Below are positions 12,670-24,082 of a stretch of DNA of 64,000 bases, piece after piece. Made by a program: the position numbers and the translations under genes. This DNA is from Octopus vulgaris (taxonomy: Eukaryota), in assembly GCA_951406725.2 (NCBI GenBank), contig OX597818.1, forward strand, positions 121,272,001-121,336,000. The letters run 5' to 3'. The notes under the pieces were generated by a model, which saw nothing but the letters and a program-made list of their open reading frames with translations, did not search any database and had not been told where the DNA came from. Within the stretch, counting starts at the first letter, position 1. Every line of letters starts with the position of its first letter.

Positions 12670-13248
12670 ATTCTTTTCTAGGTACAAGGCCCGAAATTTT
12701 AGGGCTGGGGGCCACTCGATTAGATCCACCCAGTACGCAAATGGTTCTTAATTTATGGACCCCGAAAGGATGAAAAGCAAAGTCGACCTCGGCGGAATTT
12801 GAACTCAGAACGTAACGGCAGACGAAATACCTATTTCTTTACTACCCACAAGGGGCTAAACACAGAGAGGACAAACAAGGACAAGCAAACGGATTAAGCC
12901 GATTATATCGACCCCAGTGCGTAACTGGTACTTATTTAATCGACCCCAAAAGGAAGAAAGGCAAAGTCGACCTCGGCGGAATTTGAACTCAGAACGTAGC
13001 GGCAGACGAAATACCTATTTCTTTACTACCCACAAGAGGCTAAACACAGAGAGGACAAACAAGGACAGATAGACGGATTAAGTCAATTATATCGACCCCA
13101 GTGCGTAACTGGTACTTAATTTATCGACCCCGAAAGGATGAAAGGCAAAGTCGACCTCGGTGGAATTTGAACTCAGAACGTAACGGCAGACGGAATACAG
13201 CTTAGCATTTCGCCCGGCGTGCTAACGTTTCTGCCAGCTCGCCGCCTT
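12670..13248 (-). mobile_element. SINE S1, trimeric form
   Basis: Same head-core-tailA-core-tailA-core-tailB layout as 4456-5011. Confidence 0.9.
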
Positions 13249-13279
13249 TACACAGTATAGATATCAATCTTTTATTGCT

Positions 13280-13392
13280 TAATACTTACTTCATATGATA
13301 TTCCATTGCAGTTAATACGCCAGCAATACTGTTAGGCATACTTACGACCAAACTTTTGAAATAATCCGGAGTTATCTCTTGAGTCAGTGTAA
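13280..13392 (-). pseudogene. Tc1-like transposase C-terminal fragment
   Basis: QEITPDYFKSLVVSMPNSIAGVLTAMEYHMK resembles the Tc1 end LVxSMPxRIxAVLxAxGxxTKY. Confidence 0.7.
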
Positions 13393-13399
13393 GCGCATC

Positions 13400-13560
13400 G
13401 CCTAGTGGTTTGGGAGTTATATCCACGAGCTTTCGATCGTGACTTCTATTTTCGCACCAAAGCGATGTACTGTATTCTTGAGCAAAGCACGTCACCTCAA
13501 GTTTCTCCAGCTTAGTTACGAAGTTAATCCTGCGCCGGATGACGTCCGGTTTAAAAGGAA
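13400..13560 (+). mobile_element. Old S4-like SINE
   Basis: GCCTAGTGGTT...TTCTTGAGCAAAGCAC matches the S4 head/core at 61565-61670. Confidence 0.55.
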
Positions 13561-13634
13561 GTGTTGTCATCTTAGTCACGTATACGTCTTGACAGCTTCA
13601 TTCTGATGAGTCATAGAGCTCATGACAGAGTGAT

Positions 13635-13830
13635 TGGTTTCAAATTTTGGCACAAGGCCAGCAATTTTGAGAGAAAAAGTAAGTCGATTGCATCGACCCC
13701 AGTACTCAACTGGTACTTATTTTATCAACCCCTAAAGAACGAAAGGCACTGTCAACATCGGCGGGATTTCAACTCAGAACGTAAAGACGAACGTATTGCT
13801 GCTAAGATTTCTACTGGGCATGCTAATACT
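13635..13830 (-). mobile_element. Diverged SINE S1 copy
   Basis: CGACCCCAGTAC...TTTATCAACCCC...TTCAACTCAGAACGT. Confidence 0.75.
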
Positions 13831-13899
13831 TAGTAATAGTAATATTAACTGCAAACGTCACTTAGACGTTTTAATCTTAGCGAACGTATATATATATAT

Positions 13900-14194
13900 A
13901 TATAAGTTCAGCAAAAATTTAGATTCAAATGAATATGGTACTTAATTTAGATGCACCAGAATTCTGTATGGTGTTATCCATAAAAATCCGTGAGGTGATT
14001 ATAATCAAAATAAGCAACAAGAATGACTCCGGTAATTTGGTACGATCGTTTCGTACTACATCATTTTATTAAATGTTGTAAGTATTACAACAGTTTTAAA
14101 ATGCTGTAGCACTCATCAGTCAATTATAGAGGTTTTCCATTAATACAAAAACGATCGTACCAAGTTACCGGAGTCATTCTTGTTGCTTATTTTG

Positions 14195-14200
<6 letters not shown>
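13900..14200. mobile_element. Partial fold-back non-coding element, family D (Penelope-like)
   Basis: Near-perfect ~52-bp inverted arms at ~14000-14051 and ~14149-14200; (TA)n on both flanks; HHR on minus strand. Confidence 0.8.
14035..14125 (-). ncRNA. Type I hammerhead ribozyme with extended stem II
   Basis: Minus strand TTGA-CTGATGA-GTGCTACA-G-CATTTTA-AAAC-TGTTGTAA-TAC-TTACAACA-TTTAA-TAAAATG-A-TGTAGTAC-GAAA-CGATCG-TA-CCAA. Confidence 0.85.
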
Positions 14201-14271
<71 letters not shown>

Positions 14272-14624
14272 TTTTCCCGTTTTGGAAATCAGCACACGTT
14301 TTCAACGGTTTTTTCTCATAAGACTGACAGAAGTAGATGTATTTACCCCTAGGCGTTCAGAGCTGCTGATAAGGATTAAAATGTTCTACATCAAAACCCG
14401 AAATCGCGATCCGTCTACGTACAATAGGAAATTACCTCCATTTGTCAGTTATTAAGATAGTGCATTTGTGGCTTTGAATTAGTTTAATTCTTATCGTTAG
14501 CAAAAGCGGTACTAGTCAATACCTTCTGTCACTTTTGTGACCACTACTAATTTTGCCTTTAGTTTCTAATTGCTAATAAGTCACGCTTTAATTTGTTATA
14601 TATATATATATATGTATATGTATA

Positions 14625-14786
14625 TACGACGCGTTCCCACAATGTTCCCGTCTTTAAATTCACTGAAAGAGCATTATTGATCCGGAGTTATAGTAGAAAA
14701 CATTTACCGAAGGAGCCAATGAGAATGAACCCGAAACCACGTAGTTGCAAAGCGAGTTGCTTAACCCTCAGTCATTCCTGCGCCTA
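14625..14786 (-). mobile_element. Diverged SINE S2 head
   Basis: Ends CATTCCTGCGCCTAT like 4005-4021. Confidence 0.7.
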
Positions 14787-14998
14787 TTATTTCCTTTCTC
14801 TATAAATTTCTGACCTTGTGCTAAAACTACTCGATATTTTACTAATAATTATTAACTACCATCTTTCAACTCGCAAACAGAAAATTATAGTAATGGAAAT
14901 CTCACAAATTTCTTGTTTATTAGTGTTGTTTAGAGGTATGATCATGATCTCTCCATCCTTAACTATTCTTTCTATCACCCAGATAGATTTAGGATCAT

Positions 14999-15462
14999 AC
15001 AGGGCCTAATTTAGACCCTGTAGGGTTCCTGGGCCTAAATTTTTTTTGGAGCCTAGATAATTTTTCTACTTCAAAGCATTATAAGATAATAAAGAGGTCT
15101 TCGTTAAATCTAGTCTTGTCCAAACAGTTTGAAAAAGACCTACAGCTTAAAAGAGCCTCGGTAGATTCAGAGGGATTTAGTTAAATTTAACATATTTTTA
15201 TATTTAAAAGGACTCAATAAATCAAAGAAGGCTCAGTAATTTTAGAACTAGTTCTTCTGGGTTATAAATATTACAAACAATTTATTTTCTTGTAAATAGA
15301 TATTAAAAAAATTTGAACTACAATCTTTAGGTTTCTCTGAGTTACGGGTACCCACCAATGCTTGTGATTCTCAATGCCTTAGGTCCTGCATGCTTTGGGG
15401 TCCCACAGCTTTACGGTCCCTGGACATTGACCCATATAGGCCCTTGCACAAAGCCCTCCACG
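14999..15462. mobile_element. Possible decayed hAT-type non-autonomous element
   Basis: Starts CAGGGCC with GGGCC/GGGTCC-rich subterminal motifs at both ends; right terminus degenerate. Confidence 0.3.
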
Positions 15463-15782
15463 GAACTATGTTATCCCATGTGAATGATCAGGTGAAGAGC
15501 TGGTTCGTATTTATAGCAGATTAAGTGACAACTTAGAGGTTCCGTAGTTTGCTCTTGCAAAACCTATTTCAAACATTATGCATTTCCTCTGCCACTAGAT
15601 AATTTTGCACTCAGCTTATCTATTTGTTTAGTTTTTCAGATGCTTACAATATAGATTGAATGAAAGATAGTTTGAGGAACGGCTATGCATGTTAGTAAAT
15701 ATTCTCCAAATCACGGCAAACAAACATCTACAACACGTAGGTGTTTAAACATAAAATGACCTTTACTGTGTAACCTTATATA

Positions 15783-15868
<86 letters not shown>

Positions 15869-15884
15869 TGTATGTATGTATGTA

Positions 15885-15919
<35 letters not shown>

Positions 15920-15921
<2 letters not shown>

Positions 15922-16230
15922 AGGCGCAATGGCATGGTGGTTAGGGCAAGCGAACTCGCGGTCGTAGAATCGCGGTTTCGATTCCCAGACCGGGCGTTGT
16001 GAGTGTTTATTGAGCGACAACACCTAAAGCTCCACGAGGCTCCGTCAGGGGTGTATTGGGGGTGGCGATCCCTGCTGTACTCTTTCGCCATAACTTTCTC
16101 TCACTCTTTCTTCTGTTGGCCTGCTTGTTTAGCCAGCGGGGTGGCGTCATTTGAAGGTTAAACAATGCGAAGCGCATTGTGACCAGCGATGTGTAGCAAC
16201 ATCTGATAGCCTTGTCGGTCACGGTCACGG
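15920..16230 (+). mobile_element. tRNA-Arg-like SINE family S3 with tail X
   Basis: GGAGGCGCAATGGCATGGTGGTTAGGGC...GTTTCGATTCCC; ends (GGTCAC)n. Confidence 0.9.
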
Positions 16231-16738
16231 TTGTGTATATATATATATATATATATATATACGTATATACATACATGCATGTATGCATACACACATGTCG
16301 ACACACACACACACACATACACACACACATACACATACGTTACATTGAATCTGAAGATAAATAAAAGTAGGTCTATAAGCTCAGACTAGTATCATATGAT
16401 ATCTCAACTGTTTTAAGTGCATTCTTGTACAAATTCTATGAAATTTAACCCTTCTAGTTTTATTCCTCAAAATAACTAACTTCACCGATTTGACTAAAAA
16501 ATATGGTTTTGTAGCTGTACTCATATGACATACAAAATAATCTTTGACGAAGTGAAAATTCCAAATTAATATTGTGATGATATTTTAAGAAGGAAGAAAT
16601 ACTGGTGAATAAGTAGATTAATACGAAATTAATTGCTTAAAGAATTTAAAGAAAATTGGTAGAAGAGAAATTAAAATAGACTTTGCAGTGTTTTATAATA
16701 CTAAGAAAACAAGGAATTTGAACGTAGAGTTTGTATTA

Positions 16739-16972
16739 AGGCGGCGAGCTGGCAGAAACGTTAGCACGCCGGGCGAAATGCGTAGCCGTATTTCGTCTGG
16801 CATTACGTTCTGAGTTCAAATTCCGCCGAGGTCGACTTTTACCTTTCATCCTTTCGGGGTCGATAAATTAAGTACCAGTTACGCACTGGGGTCGATGTAA
16901 TCGACTTAATCCATTTGTCTGTCCTTGTTTGTCCCCTCTGTGTTTAGCCCCTTGTGGGTAGTAAAGAAATAA
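16739..16972 (+). mobile_element. SINE S1 monomer (tail A)
   Basis: Full head, core and TTAGCCCCTTGTGGGTAGTAAAGAAAT tail. Confidence 0.92.
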
Positions 16973-17007
16973 TTATATACACAGTCCTTCTCTGTCTGTC
17001 CCTCTCT

Positions 17008-17043
<36 letters not shown>

Positions 17044-17439
17044 GTCATTCAAATCACATCTTATGATCTTGAGAAAGGAATACATAAATTGGCTGTGATC
17101 AGATGTGGGGAAGGATGGGCTTCGCCAAGTTTTAGAAACGCTAAGGACACGTTGAATATCAAGCCGGCGCCTTTGCGATTCCTTGAGGACTTGAGAGGTC
17201 AAAGGATGATGAATACGTGTATGTATGTATTATGTATATAAGTATGTATATGAATGTGCACACACACACACACATCAGAAAGTCTATGAGAGTTACTTAA
17301 TAAAGTTTTGAAGTGTAAAGGTGATTTTTTTAAAAAAAGTATTTTTTAAAGAAATGTTGTGAAATCTTTTATCAGGATGTTACTAACCTTCTTTGGGAAG
17401 AAATTTTTTCTAGTGTGTGAGCGCTTTCGTTTACCTTTT

Positions 17440-17533
<94 letters not shown>

Positions 17534-17619
17534 GCAAGATTTAAATTCGAGCTACTATTAGTTTCATTCTGTGGAAACACGATTGTCGTACAAGCCTGAA
17601 TAGCATGCCGTATATTTTC

Positions 17620-18390
17620 AAGCAATCTTTCAGGCTCAAATATACAAGTCAAGCTCATATTTACTTAAATGCCAAACCTCTGGAAAGTTTTACAGATGTT
17701 TATAATTCCAGTGATCTGTAGTCTTCGAATCAGCTTCCCACTTTCTGGTTTTGAGAAGCCTCATTTCTCAAGATACCAATTTAGGTAGTGTGTTACATAT
17801 CCCGGTGCTCCAATAATTACAGGTATAAAGCTGAACTTGTAATCTGGGTAGAATAACAACAGATTTATCAATAGTTCAGCATAGGTATTCCCTTTTACAC
17901 TGACCTTCAGCTTTATGTTAACATCCGCTGGGCAACTGATTTCCACAACTGTACACAGTGTCTCTTCTCTATCCCAAATTACTATTTCAAGTATGTTATG
18001 TTTACATTTTACTGAGGTTTTGACTGGGACATTCCACCAGTACTCCTTTTTTATTATGAGTGGTTATGGCTTGTACCATACGATAAATCACTTTTTTTTT
18101 TATTTTGCCTCGGGGTTATCCTTCCGACGGATCTCATTATACAGTGTCCTAGCCACAACATCATGTCCCATAGGTAGATAATACTGTGATAACATTTTTC
18201 GACGACTGCTTATGATGTGGGTGATATCTTCAGTGTTAACTCCACAAAGTCTGTATCGTTTATCACATTTTACTGCTTTTCCTGCACCTCTGTCCCTTGT
18301 GTGCATCAGGTATTTGGTTGATATTTCCTGTTCCTGGATTGCAAACGTATACCCTTCAAACTGGGAGTTAGTAATCCGGTTGTTGGTCTG
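17620..18390 (-). pseudogene. R4/Dong-like non-LTR retrotransposon C-terminus (CCHC knuckle and restriction-like endonuclease), decayed
   Basis: AIQEQEISTKYL...RYRLCGVNTEDITHIISS...HDVVARTLY followed by VVEISCPADVNIKLKVSVKGNTYAELL...PVIIGAPG. Confidence 0.85.
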
Positions 18391-18620
18391 TGATAGACTC
18401 TGGGATTGTAGTGCCTTCAGGTCCTGTATATGCAGGGCGTAGTGCATTCGTGAGTTGATAGTGCAGTGCTTGATATTTTCCAGCATAAACTGCATGTTGT
18501 TTATTTCGGCCCACTTGTGTATCGAATTCAGGTTCCATTGTAAGTTTGCGACGTCATCAGGATTTTTTGCTACCTGTGATAATTTTGTATCATCGGCATA
18601 GCTAGTGACAGTGGTTGACG
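18390..18620 (-). pseudogene. CR1/L2/Jockey-type reverse transcriptase fragment
   Basis: VTSYADDTKL...LQWNLNSIHKWAEINNMQF (YADD catalytic motif). Confidence 0.85.
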
Positions 18621-18642
18621 TGTGAATGTGGGCATGTCTAAG

Positions 18643-18691
<49 letters not shown>

Positions 18692-18825
18692 AATAGTGTT
18701 AGAGATAGAAGCACCCACAACTTCATCAACTCCGAAAGGTATTAACCCAACCAAGCCTTAAGATATTAAATATTATACTTACTATTTATATTCATAATCC
18801 CAAAATTTTATAATGATGTTATATA

Positions 18826-18866
<41 letters not shown>

Positions 18867-18922
18867 ATTATATTATATTATATACACACAGACATACACA
18901 CACACATATATGTATTATATAC

Positions 18923-18972
<50 letters not shown>

Positions 18973-19217
18973 GATATATTATATTATATATTATGTTATT
19001 ATATATATACTATAATATATTACATTATATTATATATATATATAGATATGTATGTATGTGTGTGTGCATGTACAATATATATGATATGATATCATATTAT
19101 ATTATGTTATATATATATATATTTACACATATATAATTGACCTATGCATGTGTACAAACGCGTGTCGTCTAATATACGAATATACGCCCATCGTATGAAT
19201 GTGTGTGTATGTGTGCG

Positions 19218-19265
<48 letters not shown>

Positions 19266-19565
19266 TGATCGTAATTATTCATTGACATTTTCTATTTTTT
19301 TCTCTTTTTAGTGTCTGCTGGGAAGTGGGATCGTTTTCAAAAATTCTGTAATTGTAGAGAAGAATGTGGTGTCAAGTAAGTGAAATGAATGCATTGAGTT
19401 TGTATTTTTTTTTTGAACGTTGGAGTCAAGTGATTGGCGGAGTGAACAGTTCCGGGATGGTGCATATTTTGTACCGGAACGAGACACGTACGAACGATAG
19501 TAGCTTGAGATGATGGGAAGACTTAGTATTTTCACGAGAAAAAGAATGGAGACGTAAAGGTAGAG

Positions 19566-19602
<37 letters not shown>

Positions 19603-19689
19603 GAGGTTGAAAGAGGGAGATAGAGAAGAGTGTTAGAGAGACAAGCAATCAGACAGAGAATGAGAGAGAGGTAGAGAACGATCTCGCAT

Positions 19690-19822
19690 CAATTATTATT
19701 ATTATTGTTATTATTCAGGTCACTGCCTGGAATCGAACTCGGAATCTTGGGGTTAGTAGCCCGCTACTAACCTCAAGATTCCGAGTTCGATTCCAGGCAG
19801 TGACCTGAATAATAATAACAGG
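19690..19822. repeat. Near-perfect palindrome of two head-to-head tRNA-like half heads (centre of family E)
   Basis: TTCAGGTCACTGCCTGGAATCGAACTCGGAATCTTGGGGTTAGTAGC-CC-GCTACTAACC...GTGACCTGAA; same as 22557-22652. Confidence 0.9.
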
Positions 19823-19929
19823 TAATTGATAAATTATACAATCGGTTTGTCTGTGACTCTCTTTACCTATCAGCATATTTGTATGTGTGTATTATACACA
19901 CGCCCCCTCCCTCATGTGTGTGTGTGTGT

Positions 19930-19975
<46 letters not shown>

Positions 19976-19979
19976 ACAG

Positions 19980-20172
19980 AGGTTGAGAACTGGCAGAATC
20001 GTTACCACACTTAGCAACGTTACTTCTAGCTCTTTAAGTTCTGAGTTCAAATGCTGTCGAGGACAATCGCGTCTTTCACCCTTTCAGGGCCGATAAATTA
20101 AGAATTGGGATCGAGCTAATCGACTTCCGCCTACTTCTAAAATTGCTGGCCTTGTGCCAAAATTAAAAGGGC
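19980..20172 (+). mobile_element. Diverged SINE S1 copy
   Basis: CTGGCAGAATCGTT...GAGTTCAAAT...CTTTCAGGGCCGATAAATTAAG. Confidence 0.7.
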
Positions 20173-20276
20173 ATAAATAGATAGATAGAAAGAAAAGCAG
20201 ACAGATCGATAAAATGATAGATAGACTGATAGACAGGCAGACAAACAGACAGCCATACAGACAAACAGAGAGACAT

Positions 20277-20347
<71 letters not shown>

Positions 20348-20495
20348 CACATATATAAGTAAGCGTAGATGTGAATGTATATACATACGATCCATATATA
20401 GATACATGCATACATATCTTTATGTATGTATGTATGTATGTATGTATGTATGTATGTATGTATCTCTCTCTCTCTCTAGAGATTTATTATTGTTT

Positions 20496-20546
<51 letters not shown>

Positions 20547-20550
<4 letters not shown>

Positions 20551-20646
20551 GCTTAGAGAAGAAGAAGAAAAGAAACGAAACGAATCGAATCGAATCGACG
20601 CGAGGGCGCTCAGTCATACAATAGTGTAATAAATAAAATATATGCA

Positions 20647-20679
<33 letters not shown>

Positions 20680-21268
20680 GTACGTACCTACATCTACATG
20701 TATATATACATGCATATATAAATATATATACGTGAGTACAGGACACCACAATTAGACGTAGAACTAAACGAGAAACGAAAAACGAAAACGAAAAAGTAAA
20801 AACAAGCATGGAACGGACCATTTTTTAAACAACGAAAAAACAGGGTACAAGACAAACTACACAGGAAAAATCCCCTTCATCAGCTGTCCCTAGTTCAACT
20901 CCAGCGTGTTTCGAAGGTAGGGCAGGACACGTCTCGTTGAACTAATCCTTCCTGCGAAGGAATTAAATAATAATCCTTCGCAAAGGGGCAAAAACAAGGA
21001 AAAAAAATTTTTTTTTGACAAAAACAGGACGTGAAGGGGATTTTTCCTGTGTAGTTTGTCTTGTACCCCGTTTTTTTCGATGTTTAAAAAATGGTCCGTT
21101 CCCTGCTTGTTTTTACTTTTTCGTTTTCGTTTTTCGTTTAGTTCTACGTCTAATTGTGGTGTCCTGTACTCACGTATATATATTTATATATGCATGTATA
21201 TATACATGTAGATGTAGGTACGTACATATATGTATATATGTATGCATATATTTTATTTATTACACTAT
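20547..21268. mobile_element. Fold-back non-coding element, family F
   Basis: ~240-bp inverted arms ~20620-20879 and ~21033-21267, ~150-bp spacer, (TA)n flanks; CTGATGA on minus strand at the arm boundary. Confidence 0.85.
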
Positions 21269-21472
21269 ATATATATATATACATACATATACATATATAC
21301 ATACATACATGCATATACATACATACATATACATATATACATATATACATACATATATACATACATACATATATACATACATATATATATATACATACAT
21401 ACATATACATATATATATATATATATACATACATACATATACATACATACATACATATACATACATACATAT

Positions 21473-21518
<46 letters not shown>

Positions 21519-21544
21519 AGCGTAAAGGATTAGAGATTTGAATC

Positions 21545-21716
21545 CGGGCGGCTATCAGTCCATCGAAGCGTAACTCATTTTTGCCAGCTGAGTGGACTGG
21601 TGTAACGTGAAATGAAGTGTTTTGCTCAAGAGCACAACGCGTCGCCCGGTCCAGGAATCGAAACCACAATCTTACGATCATGATGCTGATACCCTAACCA
21701 CTATGCCACGTGCCTC

Positions 21717-21718
<2 letters not shown>
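21545..21718 (-). mobile_element. tRNA-derived SINE family S4
   Basis: Reverse complement of 61565-61725. Confidence 0.9.
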
Positions 21719-21761
<43 letters not shown>

Positions 21762-22440
21762 TATTAGCGAATATAAATGTTTATTGGTTGGTTGGGATTT
21801 TCGTCAACCACGCCATACATCTTATTCTTATAGAGAGAAAAGGAGAGGGAGAGAGAGTTAACTTACGAAGAGTAGGATAAGTGGAGAAGTGCACGTATTT
21901 GGCTTGATGGCAAGCAATGAGTAAAAGAACCCTGAACACAGTGAGAAAGAAAGAATCAAAAAGTAGTCGGTGTATATAACAGACTAGTTATGGGCGGAGT
22001 TATATAAATAACAAATTTGTTTCATCTAACTTTATTTTAGAATAATAATTTTCTATTGGGAATTAATATTCATTTCATAATTGTGTATAAGCTTCAAGAA
22101 ATTTGATAAACATGGAATTTTAACCACAGAATAAAATACCGCCCTCCGGGAGGTTTTCAGCTACAATCTGAATAATATTTCAGATTTCGTTCTCAGTTTT
22201 GTGTAAATTTTTATGTTACGTAACTTCTAATTTTCTCTTTGAAGGCTTCGTATGACTAATAGTATTCGCACTTTTAGTAAATATTTCTTTCATTATTTGA
22301 TTGCAGTCTTAATTTCTCTGCCGTTTAAACTAACTGAAAGGTACAGTTCTATATTTAAGAGATGAGGAATTATGTAGATTATTTACATTATTTACATTAT
22401 TTACATTTGACGGATATTTGTCCTCATCTTGTTTGTTGTT

Positions 22441-22486
22441 AACACAACATTTCGGCTGATATACCCTCCAGCCTTCATCAGGTGTC
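22441..22486 (-). ncRNA. Minimal type I hammerhead (family E left arm)
   Basis: Minus strand GACAC-CTGATGA-A-GGCTG-GAGGGTATAT-CAGCC-GAAA-TG-TT-GTGTT. Confidence 0.8.
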
Positions 22487-22729
22487 TTGGGGAAATTTCA
22501 AACCTGGGTTCTCATTCCTAAGGTATTTTTCGATGTTATTATTATTATTGTTATTATTCAGGTCACTGCCTGGAATCGAACTCGGAATCTTGGGGTTAGT
22601 AGCGGGCTACTAACCCCAAGATTCCGAGTTCGATTCCAGGCAGTTACCTGAATAATAACAACAATAACAATAATAATAATAACAGTAGTAGTAGTAGTAA
22701 TAATAATAATAATAACAGTAGTAGTAGTA

Positions 22730-22765
<36 letters not shown>

Positions 22766-22768
22766 GTA

Positions 22769-22828
<60 letters not shown>

Positions 22829-22904
22829 ATAATAACAGCAACAATAACAACAACAGCATCGAAAAAATACATTTGGAATGAGAACCCAGGTTCTAAATTT
22901 CCAA

Positions 22905-22950
22905 GACACCTGATGAAGGCTGGAGGTTATATTAGCCGAAACGTTGTGTT
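22905..22950 (+). ncRNA. Minimal type I hammerhead (family E right arm)
   Basis: GACAC-CTGATGA-A-GGCTG-GAGGTTATAT-TAGCC-GAAA-CG-TT-GTGTT; palindromic ACGT. Confidence 0.85.
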
Positions 22951-23785
22951 AACAACAAACAAGATGAGGACAAATATCCGTCAAATCTAAATAATGTAAC
23001 TGAGAGCTAGTTCATCTGATATGTGGTCGTTTATGCAAGAAATAACAGGTATCACATGGTTATATTCTAAGGTGTATTGCAGACCAAACAGCCATACTAA
23101 CAAATTCCACTCTGATATTGTTTTTCAAGTTATATCAGTGTTGCAATTTCAGGTTACCTCCCAGTAACTTGAAATCGTGTTCAGATTAAGAAGAACTTAG
23201 AAATCTTCCGGGGGCTATCTGAAATCGATTTCATTCTACCCTCTTTGATTTCAGATTACCCCTTCAAATACTTCCCCAAATGTTCGTCGCCATAATAGCA
23301 AATAAAATGTTTCTCCTCCAAGCGTTAGATACACGTATGTAAACCAGAGAGTTTTGAGCTTACACACTGTTGGGTGAAGTGGAAAAAGTCGCGTTTAAAA
23401 TGTGTAGATATATTTTTTGTATAATAACTGTATATATAAATCGTTTGCAGTTAAAGCCTATAGGTATTGATATATTTTGTTCTGCATAATATATATTTCG
23501 AACACAAGTTTGTTATTTAAAACAAAATGTCTTTTATTTAAAATACGGGGATTTAACATCTGATGATTTGTTTTTTAAAGACATCATAAAAAGGTTAGGA
23601 GATTAATGGGAAATAATCCTATTGGAAAACTTACTGTTGATTGTAACACGTGGTTTTATAAATAATTCCTGTAGACATGTATAGTTATGCATTTTAGTAT
23701 TCATGACCTACATTAACGCACAACTAAGGATGTTCAGTGATAGGAAATGATTTTCTGTTAATCCCTGTTCATCATATCCACTGTG

Positions 23786-24082
23786 GAGGCACATGGCCTA
23801 GTGGTTAGAGCAGCGGACTCGCGGTCGAGGGATCACGGGTTCGAATCTCACACCGGGTGATGTGTGTGTTTATGAGTGACACACCTGAGCTCCCACACGG
23901 CTCCGGCAGAAGGTAATGGCGAACTTCTGCTGACTCTTTCGCTACAACTTTCTCTCACTCTTTCCACCTGCATCTTGCTGCTCACCTGCGACGGACCGGC
24001 GTCCCGTCCAGGTGGGGAATCTATACGCCAAGGTAACCTGGAAACCGGCCCTTATGAGCCAGGCATGGCTCGTGAAGGAACA
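23786..24082 (+). mobile_element. SINE S3 variant with V-domain-like tail
   Basis: GGAGGCACATGGCCTAGTGGTTAGAGC...GGTTCGAATCTC; GCGACGGACCGGCGTCCCGTCCAGG; sister copy 45676-45940. Confidence 0.9.

Larger units (their letters stand above)
22342..23000. mobile_element. Family E fold-back element: tRNA-like head, (AAT/TAG)n, HHR, tail; head-to-head
   Basis: Arms ~22390-22603 and 22606-22999 are reverse complements apart from microsatellite length; an HHR in each arm. Confidence 0.9.

Noticed and set aside
13603-13630. CTGATGA-GTCAT-loop-ATGAC hairpin as a hammerhead
   Set aside because: Followed by AGAG rather than GAAA; no stem I/III; no second copy
15920-15995. Functional tRNA genes at SINE heads
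   Set aside because: Acceptor stems do not pair, no T-run terminator, and all continue into multi-copy SINE bodies
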